This document shows positions 28,888 to 38,138 of a stretch of 64,000 bases of DNA, piece by piece; position 1 is the first letter of the stretch, and each line of letters begins with the position of its first letter. Under the pieces are notes generated by a model. It was not told where the DNA came from, made no database searches, and saw only the letters and a list, made by a program, of their open reading frames with translations. This DNA is from an uncultured Solirubrobacterales bacterium. Its GTDB lineage: Bacteria; Actinomycetota; Thermoleophilia; Solirubrobacterales; Solirubrobacteraceae. The stretch spans positions 2,065,814-2,129,813 of the forward strand of contig OY970202.1 of NCBI GenBank assembly GCA_963708375.1, written 5' to 3'. A program made the position numbers and the translations under genes.

Positions 28888-31095
28888 ATGACCGACGACC
28901 AAGACCTTTCTCCCTTTCCCATCGAGCCCGAGCCGGACGGCTCCTCCGACGGCGAGGAGCACGCCTCAAGCAACGGCCTGGCCCGTCCCGGCGGCGCCCC
29001 CGAGCGCGAGGCCGTGCGTCCAAGCGCGGCCAAAGTCCGTTCGGGCCTTGCCCACAAACGCAACCCGGCTCTCGTGGTCCTCGGAGACGTGGCCCAAGGC
29101 ACGCGCCGGATGCTCTTGCGCGACCCCCTCAACACTTTCCTGCTCGTCGCCTCGATCGGCCTGGCGATCACATTTGCCCTGCTGCTCGGCTCGATCAAAC
29201 CGTCCTCGACCGGCACCCAGGTCCCGATCAGCACGATCCAAACCCTGGCCAAGCGCCACCAGCTGGCGGCCGCAGTCCTGCTCGACCACGACAGCCGCGT
29301 CGAGGCCACCACCACCCCCAAGGCGCCCGCGATCGGCACCACCGGCGGCATCTCGGTGCCCTCTAACAACAAGAACAACAATGCCGAACTGGAAGCGCCG
29401 TCCGGTCAGATGCAGAGGCTGTGGGCCGCCTATCCCAGCTCGGGCGCCCTCACCCAGCAGCTCCTGCGCGAACTGAGCACCTCCGGGGCGACCGTCGCCG
29501 TCAACCAGCAGTCGGGCAAGCCGACCGAGGCGATCGTCGTCCAGTTCCTGATCCCGATCCTCCTGCTCGTATGCCTGTTCTCGCTGTTCACGCGCCTCGG
29601 CGCCGAGGGCGCCGGCGGAGGCATCGCCGCCTTCTCCCAGTTCACCGGCAAGGGCAAGCGCAAAGGCAAGGGCACCGCGCACACGATCACCTTCGCCGAC
29701 GTCGCCGGCGCCGGCGAAGCGGTGGCCGAGCTGCGCGAGATCCGCGACTACTTGGCCGAACCGGCCAAGTACCTCGATGTCGGCGCCGCCGCGCCCAAGG
29801 GCGTGCTGCTCGTTGGTCCTCCCGGCACCGGCAAGACCCTGCTCGCCAAGGCCGTCGCGGGCGAGGCAGATGCTGCTTTCTTCTCTCTGTCGGGCTCGGA
29901 TTTCGTGGAGTCTTTGGTCGGCGTTGGCGCCGCCCGCGTGCGCGACCTGTTCCGCAAGGCGCGCAAGGCGGCCCCCGCGATCATCTTCATCGACGAGCTC
30001 GACGCCGCCGGGCGCAAGCGCGGCGCGGGCATCGGCCAGGGCAACGACGAGCGCGAGCAGACGCTCAACCAGATCCTCGTGGAGATGGACGGCTTCGCCG
30101 GAGACGGCGGCCTGGTCGTGATGGGCGCCACCAACCGCCCCGACATCCTCGACCCCGCGCTCCTGCGCCCCGGCCGCTTCGACAGACAGGTCGTGATCGA
30201 CAACCCCGACGTCCACGGGCGCCTTGAGATCCTGCGCCTGCACGGAGGCAAGCGCCCGCTCACACCCGACGCCTCCTTGGAAGAGGTAGCGCGCCAAACC
30301 CCCGGCTTCTCAGGCGCGGAGCTTGCCAACGTGATCAACGAGGCCGCCCTGCTCAGCGTGCGCGACGGCCGCGTCCAGATCGACATGGCCACACTCGAGG
30401 AGGCGATCGACCGGGTCGTCGCCGGTCCCGCCAAGCGCCACATCCTGACCGAGCACGAGCGCTGGCTGATCTCGATCCACGAGTCCTCCCACGCGGTCGT
30501 CACCGACGCGCTCGGTCACACCTCTTCCACGCGCAAGCTCTCGATCGTCGCGCGCGGGCGCCAATTGGGCACCGCCGCCCACATGCTCTCCGACCGCGAT
30601 CAAGTGATCATGAGCAAGCCCGACATGCAGAGCCAATTGATCGTGATCCTGGCCGGAGTCGCCGGCGAGCGGATCGCCTTCGGCCACGTCTCGACCTCCG
30701 CCAACGACGATCTGCACGCCGCCACCGCCCTGGCCCGCTCGATGGTCACCTCCTACGGCATGTCCGAGGCGCTCGGCCTCGTCACGATCGGCGAGAAGGG
30801 CGGCGAGGTGTTCCTCGGCGCCTCCCTCCAGGACCTCGGCTCGGTCGGCCCGCAGACGCTCGACTTGATCGACAACGAGGTGGAGCGTCTCGTCGGTGAC
30901 GCCGCCGCCAGGGCCGAGGCGATCCTCGACCGCAACTGGAGCACCGTCGAGGAGACCGCGACCGCCCTGCTCGAGCACGAGACCCTGTCCGGCGTGGCCC
31001 TCGACGCGGTCCTCTCGACCGTCGAGGAGACGACCCTCGAGGAGCTCCACGACATCCGTCGGGGCAGCGTGCGCGACCCCGAGAAGGACAAGTGA
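28888..31095 (+). CDS. ftsH: FtsH-family membrane AAA+ zinc metalloprotease (divergent paralog)
   Basis: Two TMs, GPPGTGKT, IIFIDELD, ATNRPDILDPALLRPGRFDR, HESSH (HEXXH) and SANDDL. Confidence 0.9.
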   Translation: MTDDQDLSPFPIEPEPDGSSDGEEHASSNGLARPGGAPEREAVRPSAAKVRSGLAHKRNPALVVLGDVAQGTRRMLLRDPLNTFLLVASIGLAITFALLLGSIKPSSTGTQVPISTIQTLAKRHQLAAAVLLDHDSRVEATTTPKAPAIGTTGGISVPSNNKNNNAELEAPSGQMQRLWAAYPSSGALTQQLLRELSTSGATVAVNQQSGKPTEAIVVQFLIPILLLVCLFSLFTRLGAEGAGGGIAAFSQFTGKGKRKGKGTAHTITFADVAGAGEAVAELREIRDYLAEPAKYLDVGAAAPKGVLLVGPPGTGKTLLAKAVAGEADAAFFSLSGSDFVESLVGVGAARVRDLFRKARKAAPAIIFIDELDAAGRKRGAGIGQGNDEREQTLNQILVEMDGFAGDGGLVVMGATNRPDILDPALLRPGRFDRQVVIDNPDVHGRLEILRLHGGKRPLTPDASLEEVARQTPGFSGAELANVINEAALLSVRDGRVQIDMATLEEAIDRVVAGPAKRHILTEHERWLISIHESSHAVVTDALGHTSSTRKLSIVARGRQLGTAAHMLSDRDQVIMSKPDMQSQLIVILAGVAGERIAFGHVSTSANDDLHAATALARSMVTSYGMSEALGLVTIGEKGGEVFLGASLQDLGSVGPQTLDLIDNEVERLVGDAAARAEAILDRNWSTVEETATALLEHETLSGVALDAVLSTVEETTLEELHDIRRGSVRDPEKDK

Positions 31096-31871
31096 GCCGC
31101 CGCCTGCGCCTGCCTTCGCCGGCGATGCTGGTGGCGCTCGTGGCGCTCGTGCTGTCCACCACCGGTTTCGCCGACGCCGCCCGCCGCGCCGTCGTGAGCG
31201 CGTTCGCAGGGCCCGTCTCCGTCAAGCCGCGCGCAGGCGGGATCCTCCTACTGGGCCACAACCGTAAGTTCCCGGCCTCGGCGATCCCCACCGTCGCCGA
31301 CGCCAAGAGGGTGGGCGGCAAGACCGTGGCCCAGCTGGAAGGCACCTGCCCGCCCGACAGCGTGGACATCGGCAGTTGGTGCCTTGAAAGCGCGCCCTTC
31401 CCGCTCACCAAGGAAGACTTGGGCAAGAACAACTTCGTATGGGCGTCCAAGAAGTGTGAGGAAGAAGGTGGCTGGCTGCCCACCGCTTCCCAGCTGCTCG
31501 GCGGCGTGGAACGAGTCAAGCTCGACTCCACGATCCACGACTCCCAGCTCACCGCCACCGTCAACCTCGACGCCACGCGCGGCCTCAAAGACGAACGGGA
31601 GATGAGCTCCACCCTGGTGACCACCGAAGCGGGCTCGGCCGCCGCCGGTTTCGAGGGGGTCAGCGAAGGCGCGACCGGCGACCCGCGCCAAGGCCAGGCC
31701 AACCCGATCCCCCTGCCGGCTAACCCGTTCCCCGAATCGCTGCAGTACGTGACCGTCTACGACAACAACAACCACGGTGGCTTCGCGGGATCCGAGCCGG
31801 TCATCCAGCCCGAGAACTTCCGCTGCGCGTATGACCTGACGGCAGGTGCGATCAACAAGGGCAGTTCCTGA
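31092..31871 (+). CDS. Exported protein, probable C-type-lectin/FGE-sulfatase-like fold
   Basis: PSPAMLVALVALVL signal; CPPDSV..WCLE, WASKKCEEEGGWLPT and terminal FRCAY. Confidence 0.65.
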   Translation: MSRRLRLPSPAMLVALVALVLSTTGFADAARRAVVSAFAGPVSVKPRAGGILLLGHNRKFPASAIPTVADAKRVGGKTVAQLEGTCPPDSVDIGSWCLESAPFPLTKEDLGKNNFVWASKKCEEEGGWLPTASQLLGGVERVKLDSTIHDSQLTATVNLDATRGLKDEREMSSTLVTTEAGSAAAGFEGVSEGATGDPRQGQANPIPLPANPFPESLQYVTVYDNNNHGGFAGSEPVIQPENFRCAYDLTAGAINKGSS

Positions 31872-31897
31872 GTCCGTCTCGGAGCGCCGCGGGACGT

Positions 31898-33850
31898 ATG
31901 CGCAGCTACACGATCATCGCCCTCGCGTTGTTCGCGGCCTTGGTCGCCCTGCCGGTCGCCCCGGCCGGCGCCGTGATCCTGCCCGCGCAAACGATCGACG
32001 GCCCCAGCGAGGACATCGTCGGCTTCGGCGGGGTGGCGATGGCCGAAGACGGGACCGGGGGGTTGGTGTATCTCAAGCGCGTGGACGGGGTCGCGCATGT
32101 GTTCGTGTCGCGGTATGTGGGGGGGCAGTGGTTGGCGCCGGTGCGGGTGGACACTGAAGAGCCGTTCGCCGGCGCCTGGCCACGGATCGCGGCGGCCAAC
32201 GGCGGGGAGCTCTTGGTCGTGTGGGCCACCCCGTTTGCGACCGAGAAAGAAAAACCCGTCTACGAGCTGCTGGCGGCCTTGCTTGGACCCGGCGGTGTGC
32301 GCTTCGGCCAAGCCATCATCGTCGACGGCGACATCGAAGAAGCCTCCGGCACCAGCCCCGACCTGGCGATGAGCTCCAGCGGCCAGGCCGACGTCGTCTA
32401 CCGCGTCGTCAAGACGGCCTCGGCCTCCACGGTGCCGCTGCTGCGCCCCGGCGACGTGGTCGAGCAGGTCCGCGTCGCGCACTTCAACGGGGAGCGCTGG
32501 GTGAACCTGGGCGCCATCAACCGCAACCCGGGCGCCTCGATGCGCCCGCCGACCCAGGCCAATGCGCCTGACATCGCGATCGGCCCGACCGGCAACGGCG
32601 TGGTCGTCTGGCAGGAGCCCGACGTCGAAGGCGTGGCGCGCATCTGGGCGCGGCGTGTGTTCGGCACTTCGCTCGACTATGTGATGCCGGTCAGCGCGAC
32701 GAGCTTCAACGGCGTGCCTATCTCCGACGACGCTGACGCGCCCAGCGTCGCGCTTTCGCGTCTCGGCCAGGCCGAGGTCGCCTACCGCCAGCCGGCAGGA
32801 CCCGGCTCGCCATTGCCGGGTCCGCGCGTCTTCCTGAACATCCTGCCCGACGGCGAATCGGTCAGCGGCTCGGAGTTCCAAGGCGCCACGATGCTCGACG
32901 AATCCTCCGTCTCCGGGGGCAAGGGTGCGGTGGTGGGGCCGCCCTCGATTGACATCGACGAACAGCGCTCGATGCGGCTGCTCTACGACTCAGGCGGCAC
33001 GCCGCGCGTGATCGAAGCGGGCGACCGCGGCCTCTCCGGCGCGCTCTCGCTGGGGCCGCCCTTCGTCGGCGCCGAACCGTTTGCCGCGATCGTCATGAAC
33101 CCCGAAGGTGGCGGTGTCGCGGCGTGGCCGAGCGCCGAAGCCCAGGGTCATCCGGCGGTGGCCGTGCGCGAGGACTTCCCTTCCGGCGCCGTGCAGACGG
33201 CTCTGGTCAGCGGCGGCGCCGGGGGGGAAGTGGGTGAACTGTCGGTCGGGCGCTCGGGTCTTGGCGACGGCCTGATCGCCTTTCGCCAAGGTCCCTTCGG
33301 CAACGCGGCGATCGTGGCCGCGCAGGCGACGGCGCCGCCCGAGCCCTCGCTGTTGACGGCGCCCAAAGGATGGATCAAGCCGGCTCAGGCGCTGCTCTCC
33401 TGGCAGCCCGCCACAAGTGCCGACGGCCCGCTCAGCTACCACGCCGTGCTCGACGGCCATGTCCTGTCGACGCCGGCCGGCGCCTTGAAGATGCGAGTGA
33501 GCCCGCGCGGCCTCGGCTCTGGGCGCCATCGCGTGCAGATTCTCGCCACCGACATCGACGGTCAGTCCACCTTGTCGGCACCCATCTCGCTTTTGATCAC
33601 CGGAGTACCGCCGACCGTCAAGCTGGCGCGAGTCGCCCACGGCCTGGCGCTGTCGGTGCGCGTTGTCGATCCCTATGCGGGTGTCGACGCGCACGCCGTC
33701 AAGATCGGCTTCGGCGATGGCCACTCCGCGCACGGACGCGCCCGCTACGTGCACCGCTATGCCCATCCCGGTGTCTACCGCCTGACGGTCTCGGTGCGCG
33801 ACAAGATCGGCAATCAGGGTGTCGTCGGCCAGTGGGTGAGCGTGCGATGA
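31898..33850 (+). CDS. Exported beta-propeller + Fn3-like + PKD protein
   Basis: Signal peptide; repeated P-x-(L/I/V)A-x3-G-x-A-x-V-x-(W/Y) blades; FGDG..HRYAHPGVYRLTVSVRD (PKD). Confidence 0.75.
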   Translation: MRSYTIIALALFAALVALPVAPAGAVILPAQTIDGPSEDIVGFGGVAMAEDGTGGLVYLKRVDGVAHVFVSRYVGGQWLAPVRVDTEEPFAGAWPRIAAANGGELLVVWATPFATEKEKPVYELLAALLGPGGVRFGQAIIVDGDIEEASGTSPDLAMSSSGQADVVYRVVKTASASTVPLLRPGDVVEQVRVAHFNGERWVNLGAINRNPGASMRPPTQANAPDIAIGPTGNGVVVWQEPDVEGVARIWARRVFGTSLDYVMPVSATSFNGVPISDDADAPSVALSRLGQAEVAYRQPAGPGSPLPGPRVFLNILPDGESVSGSEFQGATMLDESSVSGGKGAVVGPPSIDIDEQRSMRLLYDSGGTPRVIEAGDRGLSGALSLGPPFVGAEPFAAIVMNPEGGGVAAWPSAEAQGHPAVAVREDFPSGAVQTALVSGGAGGEVGELSVGRSGLGDGLIAFRQGPFGNAAIVAAQATAPPEPSLLTAPKGWIKPAQALLSWQPATSADGPLSYHAVLDGHVLSTPAGALKMRVSPRGLGSGRHRVQILATDIDGQSTLSAPISLLITGVPPTVKLARVAHGLALSVRVVDPYAGVDAHAVKIGFGDGHSAHGRARYVHRYAHPGVYRLTVSVRDKIGNQGVVGQWVSVR

Positions 33851-36213
33851 GGCTGCGCGCGGTCCTTGGGCTCGTCTGCGCGCTCGGTGTAGCGCTGCTC
33901 GCGGCGTCCCCCGCAAGCGCCGACATCTTCGGTCCTATCTCGCTCGTCTCCGAGGGAGCGCTCGGCGAGGGCGAACTCCAGCAGGCCGAATACGCGCACG
34001 ACACGGCTATCTCCGGGGACGGGCGCTACGTGGTCTTCGATGGTTCGATTGGCGGCGTGACCGGCGTGTGGCGACGCGACCTGCAGAGCGGCGCCTTGCA
34101 GCAGGTGGCCGGGGGAGACGCCGAGCTGCCCTCGGCCAGCGAAGACGGGCGATACGTCAGCTTCACCACCAACGAAGGGGCGAGCCTGCCCGCGATCACC
34201 TTCGGGTTGGTCGGCGAACGGCCGGCCCAGACGACCGGGCTCAAGGAAGCGGTCAACGTCTATGTGCGGGATATGACCCGGCAACCGGACGAAGCGGGCG
34301 CATTCATCCTCGCCTCGGCCGCCAACGGCCCGGGGGAGCCGGTAACGCCTCTGACCTATCAGGTGCGGGAACCAGTCAGGGAAAGCACCGAGTACGGCGC
34401 GGCGGCCACCGGGCGATCTGCGATCAGCGCCGACGGCAACGAGGTCGCGTTCGTGACGACGGCCGTCTCCGATCTGGCGGGGCCGAGCACGCCCCCCTTT
34501 CAGGTCGCGGTGCGGTACCTGGACACCCACGAAACGAAGCTCGTCAGCCGTTGCTTCGCAAGCTGCCAGGCCGGCTATGAACCGGCGGTCGGCTCCCTTG
34601 AAAACGGTCAGCTTTACGGCGCCGTCTATACGGGAGGCTCGGCGGTCTTCGCCGCGCCTCCCACGTTTGGCAACTACGGCACGTCCTCTCCTCCCGGAGC
34701 GTCGATCAGCGGCGACGGCTCGACTGTCGCCTGGATGGGCGAGGACATCGGCCAGCAGGCACGTCTGCTGGCGAATGAAACGCGAAGCGCCCACTACACC
34801 GAGCCCCTGTGGCGACGAATCGAGCCCGGCTCGGAAACGCCGACCGAGCGAGTGACCGGGGGATCGGACCCCACAGATCCCCAGTGCGAGGCAAGCGGCG
34901 AGACCGTCCTACCAGCCGATCCCTCGCTCGCAGATCCCTGCCAGGGTCCCTTCGCGGCGGAAGAACAGGCGAAAGCGGCCGGGATTGTCAACGAAGCCGG
35001 GGCCGCGGGGGCCAGCGGCAACTTCGTGCCGAGGCTGAGCGCCGACGGCGGGAGGGTAGTCTTCGTCTCCGAGGCTCCGCTGGTCTCGCTCGGCGAAGAC
35101 TTCGGCCGTGGGCGAGCCGGTCAGCCCGGCGACCTGTACATGGCCAACATGCGCCCCGGGCTCACGCGCATCCAGGCGCTCACCTCCCTGACAGAGCTGG
35201 CGGGCGGCGAAAACGCGGGCACGGCCGCGACGGCTCCGATCTTCGACTTCGACATTTCGCCCGACGGTAGCCAGATCGCATTTGCCACGCGACGGATCGA
35301 GTTCCCACTGGGCACGCCCGCCTACGTGAGTCCGCCGGCCGGGGAAGCGGGCATGAACGAACTGTTCGACATCGATCTGGACAACGACACGCTCACACGA
35401 GTGACCCACGGCTACGGTGGCCTCGACGAAGTGAGCGAGCACACCCATACGTCTAAACCCGCTGGGGAAGATCCCTATGTCGAACCTGGCGATGGCTCGC
35501 TCTCGCCCTCCTTCACGACCGCCGGGACGGAGCTCGCCTTCGTCTCCACTGCCTCCAACCTGGTATTCGGCGACGGGAATGCGCCCCCCGGTGGCCCCAC
35601 CGGCCCGACCGGTGTGCTCGACGGCAGTGACGCTTTCGCCGTGGAGCGCACCACGTTCGCCTCGCTGCCGACCCCCCAGTACATCTCGCCGGCGCCACAT
35701 CTCAGCACCCAGCCCGCATGGCGGCTCGGTGTCAGCGCCCTGGCTCGCCGTGACGGCAGCGTAGCGGTGTATGTCGATGCACCCGGTGCGGGGACGCTGC
35801 GCGCGGCCGCCCTGAGCGCCGTTCGTCTGAAGCTCGCCGACACCTCGGCTCGCCGTACCGCTCGCTCCCGGTTGCGAGGAGCACGGGCGGCCCGCCTTCG
35901 GGGTCATCGCGTCGCTGGCCGTGAGGTGGTCGCAACGCGGACCGTCGCCGCCGTCGCGACGCAAGTGCGCGCAGGCACCGAAGATTCCACTTTGCTCGTG
36001 CTGAGGCTCGCCAAGCCCTACGCCGCGCTGGCCTCCCAGGCGGGCGGCCTCTCGGCGGACATCGAGGTTGTGTTCAGCGAGCCGGGGGCGCCCACCCTGC
36101 GCCAGAGTGTCCCGGTGACCTTCCGGCGGGTCGCCCATCTCGCGCGCAAGCCAGCCCAGGTCACCACGCGGGACACCAAGGCCAATCGCCGTCGCCCGAG
36201 TGCACAACGATGA
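33847..36213 (+). CDS. Exported TolB/PD40-like beta-propeller protein with basic C-terminal domain
   Basis: ATGA-coupled start at 33847; blades AISGDGRYVVF, AISADGNEVAF, SISGDGSTVAW, LSADGGRVVF and ISPDGSQIAF. Confidence 0.8.
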   Translation: MRLRAVLGLVCALGVALLAASPASADIFGPISLVSEGALGEGELQQAEYAHDTAISGDGRYVVFDGSIGGVTGVWRRDLQSGALQQVAGGDAELPSASEDGRYVSFTTNEGASLPAITFGLVGERPAQTTGLKEAVNVYVRDMTRQPDEAGAFILASAANGPGEPVTPLTYQVREPVRESTEYGAAATGRSAISADGNEVAFVTTAVSDLAGPSTPPFQVAVRYLDTHETKLVSRCFASCQAGYEPAVGSLENGQLYGAVYTGGSAVFAAPPTFGNYGTSSPPGASISGDGSTVAWMGEDIGQQARLLANETRSAHYTEPLWRRIEPGSETPTERVTGGSDPTDPQCEASGETVLPADPSLADPCQGPFAAEEQAKAAGIVNEAGAAGASGNFVPRLSADGGRVVFVSEAPLVSLGEDFGRGRAGQPGDLYMANMRPGLTRIQALTSLTELAGGENAGTAATAPIFDFDISPDGSQIAFATRRIEFPLGTPAYVSPPAGEAGMNELFDIDLDNDTLTRVTHGYGGLDEVSEHTHTSKPAGEDPYVEPGDGSLSPSFTTAGTELAFVSTASNLVFGDGNAPPGGPTGPTGVLDGSDAFAVERTTFASLPTPQYISPAPHLSTQPAWRLGVSALARRDGSVAVYVDAPGAGTLRAAALSAVRLKLADTSARRTARSRLRGARAARLRGHRVAGREVVATRTVAAVATQVRAGTEDSTLLVLRLAKPYAALASQAGGLSADIEVVFSEPGAPTLRQSVPVTFRRVAHLARKPAQVTTRDTKANRRRPSAQR

Positions 36214-38138
36214 CTCCACGGATCGCAAACACGCTCTTCAACCGCCCCCCGCTCGCGTGGATCGCGCCGGCGCTGCTCGTCGTGTGGCTCGCTTGGATCG
36301 CGGCGCTGGCCGGCGCGGTCGCACCGGCCGGGGCGGGAGCGGCCGATGCGGCGACGTGGCGACTGGAACAGCCTCTGCCTCCGAAGTCCGTCTCCGGTTC
36401 TCAGGAATCGCTCGTGCCCGCAGGGCTCGGCACGATCGGCGACGTCGAGTTTTGGGCGCCCAACCGCGGACTCCTGATCACCTCCGGCGACCCGCCCACG
36501 ATCCCGGCAGGCGTGTGGGCCTACGACGGGGTGCGGTGGCACGAGCTCGCGAACGTCTGCGGCGGTGTCCAAGCCCCGCGCGAAGAAGCCGAAGGGGGAC
36601 ACGTGGTGTGGGCGGGCCCGGACGAATTCTGGACGATCTCCTCCGGACGTCCAGGGCAGGCCGGCGCGTCCACCGAATTCATAGAACCGCCTCCGCTCGT
36701 CGACAACACACTGTGCCGTTTCTCCGATGGGCAGGTGGCTGACTCCTACGCCCACCCCGAATTCCAGGCTGACTCTTACCAGGTCATGCGCGCTGGCGCT
36801 TGCTTCGATCCGTCCGATTGCTGGTTTGGGGGCGATGCGCTGCCCGAACCGCAGATCGGAGCCTTCCAGCTTCACTGGAACGGAGCATCCCTTGAAGCAG
36901 AGCCGTATCCCGACGAAGGGCACGCGGTCGGGGATATGCGGGTCGTGGAAGGTCGCCTGTATGAGAGCGTGCGGATCTCCAGCCGCGATCGCGTGAGCAG
37001 CGAAGAAGTCAGGCAGCCGCCGGCACTCCACCGGATCAATCCCGAAGGGGAACAGCCGACATTCCTGGGCGAAGGCAAAGTGCCGCTCTACGGGGAAGGT
37101 GAGCTGCCCGAAGCGCTCGACTTCCTGAATCTGGCCGGTGGCGAAGGTGCGCTGTGGGCCGCAGCCGGGCCAAAGTCGCCAGAAGCGGGCGAACCCGGCC
37201 AGGTGACGGTCGTGCGCCGCACCGGGGGCGCTTGGCGCCAGCTGATAGGACCCGGCAAGCCCGGCGAAGCCAAACCGGTCGGCCAGATCCTGCCCGCCGC
37301 CGAAGAAACGCAATTGCTTGGAGGCGAAGCGAGCAAGGCGGTTGTCAGTTCGATCGCGGCCGAACCGGGCAGCGACACCGCTTGGCTCGCGCTCAGGCCA
37401 CGCGAAGGCCCGCTCGACACGCTGCGGGCGGTACTCGTGCACATATCCGCGGAAGGCAAGGTGCTCGAAGAGCAAACGCTGCCCTCGGCAAGCGAGGAGC
37501 GCGAAGGGGTAGGTCCAAAGGGAGCGGCCGCGCGGATCTCCTGCCCGGCTGCAGGCGACTGCTGGCTTGCGACCACACGGGGTTGGTTGTTTCACATGGC
37601 GCCGGAAGACGAACGGACGCTGCCGCTCGACGAAGACCCCAACTTCGATGGTCTCATCACCTACCGGCCCGAAGATCAAGGGTTGCCGCAGATCCCCCCC
37701 GACGCTCCGCCGTTGGACACTTCGGGTCTACAGGAAGAAGCGCCCGACTACGGAGGCGCCTTCCAGGAAGCGAAGACGCCACCGACCGAAGCCAAGGTGC
37801 ACGTGCCGCTGCTCTCCGATCTGCACAGCCGTCTGGTTCACGGCACGACGCTGCAGCTCAGCTTTCATCTGGCCGTGCGGGCGCGTGTGCGCCTGCTCGC
37901 AAAGCGTCACGCAAAGCTCGTCGCGGCCACCCCCATGCGCACGCTCGGCTCGGGCAATCGCAGTCTGCTGCTCGCGTTGAACCCGCGACGCTGGCCGACC
38001 AAGCTTTCGTTGCAGACGCACGCGCTGGCGCCGCTGCCCACCACAGGCTCGCGTAGCCCCAACGTGGGCAGCATCACGACCGGATTCCTCGTGCTGCCGC
38101 ACAACTACCTGCTCAGCGAATCGGGACTACTGCGGTGA
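36210..38138 (+). CDS. Exported beta-propeller-like protein with basic C-terminal domain
   Basis: Signal peptide; CFDPSDCWFGG and ISCPAAGDCWLAT blades; ATGA overlap. Confidence 0.72.
   Translation: MTPRIANTLFNRPPLAWIAPALLVVWLAWIAALAGAVAPAGAGAADAATWRLEQPLPPKSVSGSQESLVPAGLGTIGDVEFWAPNRGLLITSGDPPTIPAGVWAYDGVRWHELANVCGGVQAPREEAEGGHVVWAGPDEFWTISSGRPGQAGASTEFIEPPPLVDNTLCRFSDGQVADSYAHPEFQADSYQVMRAGACFDPSDCWFGGDALPEPQIGAFQLHWNGASLEAEPYPDEGHAVGDMRVVEGRLYESVRISSRDRVSSEEVRQPPALHRINPEGEQPTFLGEGKVPLYGEGELPEALDFLNLAGGEGALWAAAGPKSPEAGEPGQVTVVRRTGGAWRQLIGPGKPGEAKPVGQILPAAEETQLLGGEASKAVVSSIAAEPGSDTAWLALRPREGPLDTLRAVLVHISAEGKVLEEQTLPSASEEREGVGPKGAAARISCPAAGDCWLATTRGWLFHMAPEDERTLPLDEDPNFDGLITYRPEDQGLPQIPPDAPPLDTSGLQEEAPDYGGAFQEAKTPPTEAKVHVPLLSDLHSRLVHGTTLQLSFHLAVRARVRLLAKRHAKLVAATPMRTLGSGNRSLLLALNPRRWPTKLSLQTHALAPLPTTGSRSPNVGSITTGFLVLPHNYLLSESGLLR

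Noticed and set aside
1227-31871. Diversity-generating retroelement (RT plus CLec-fold protein)
   Set aside because: The RT has group II maturase and domain V/VI context. I found no template-repeat copy of the 31092 C-terminus and no avd gene.
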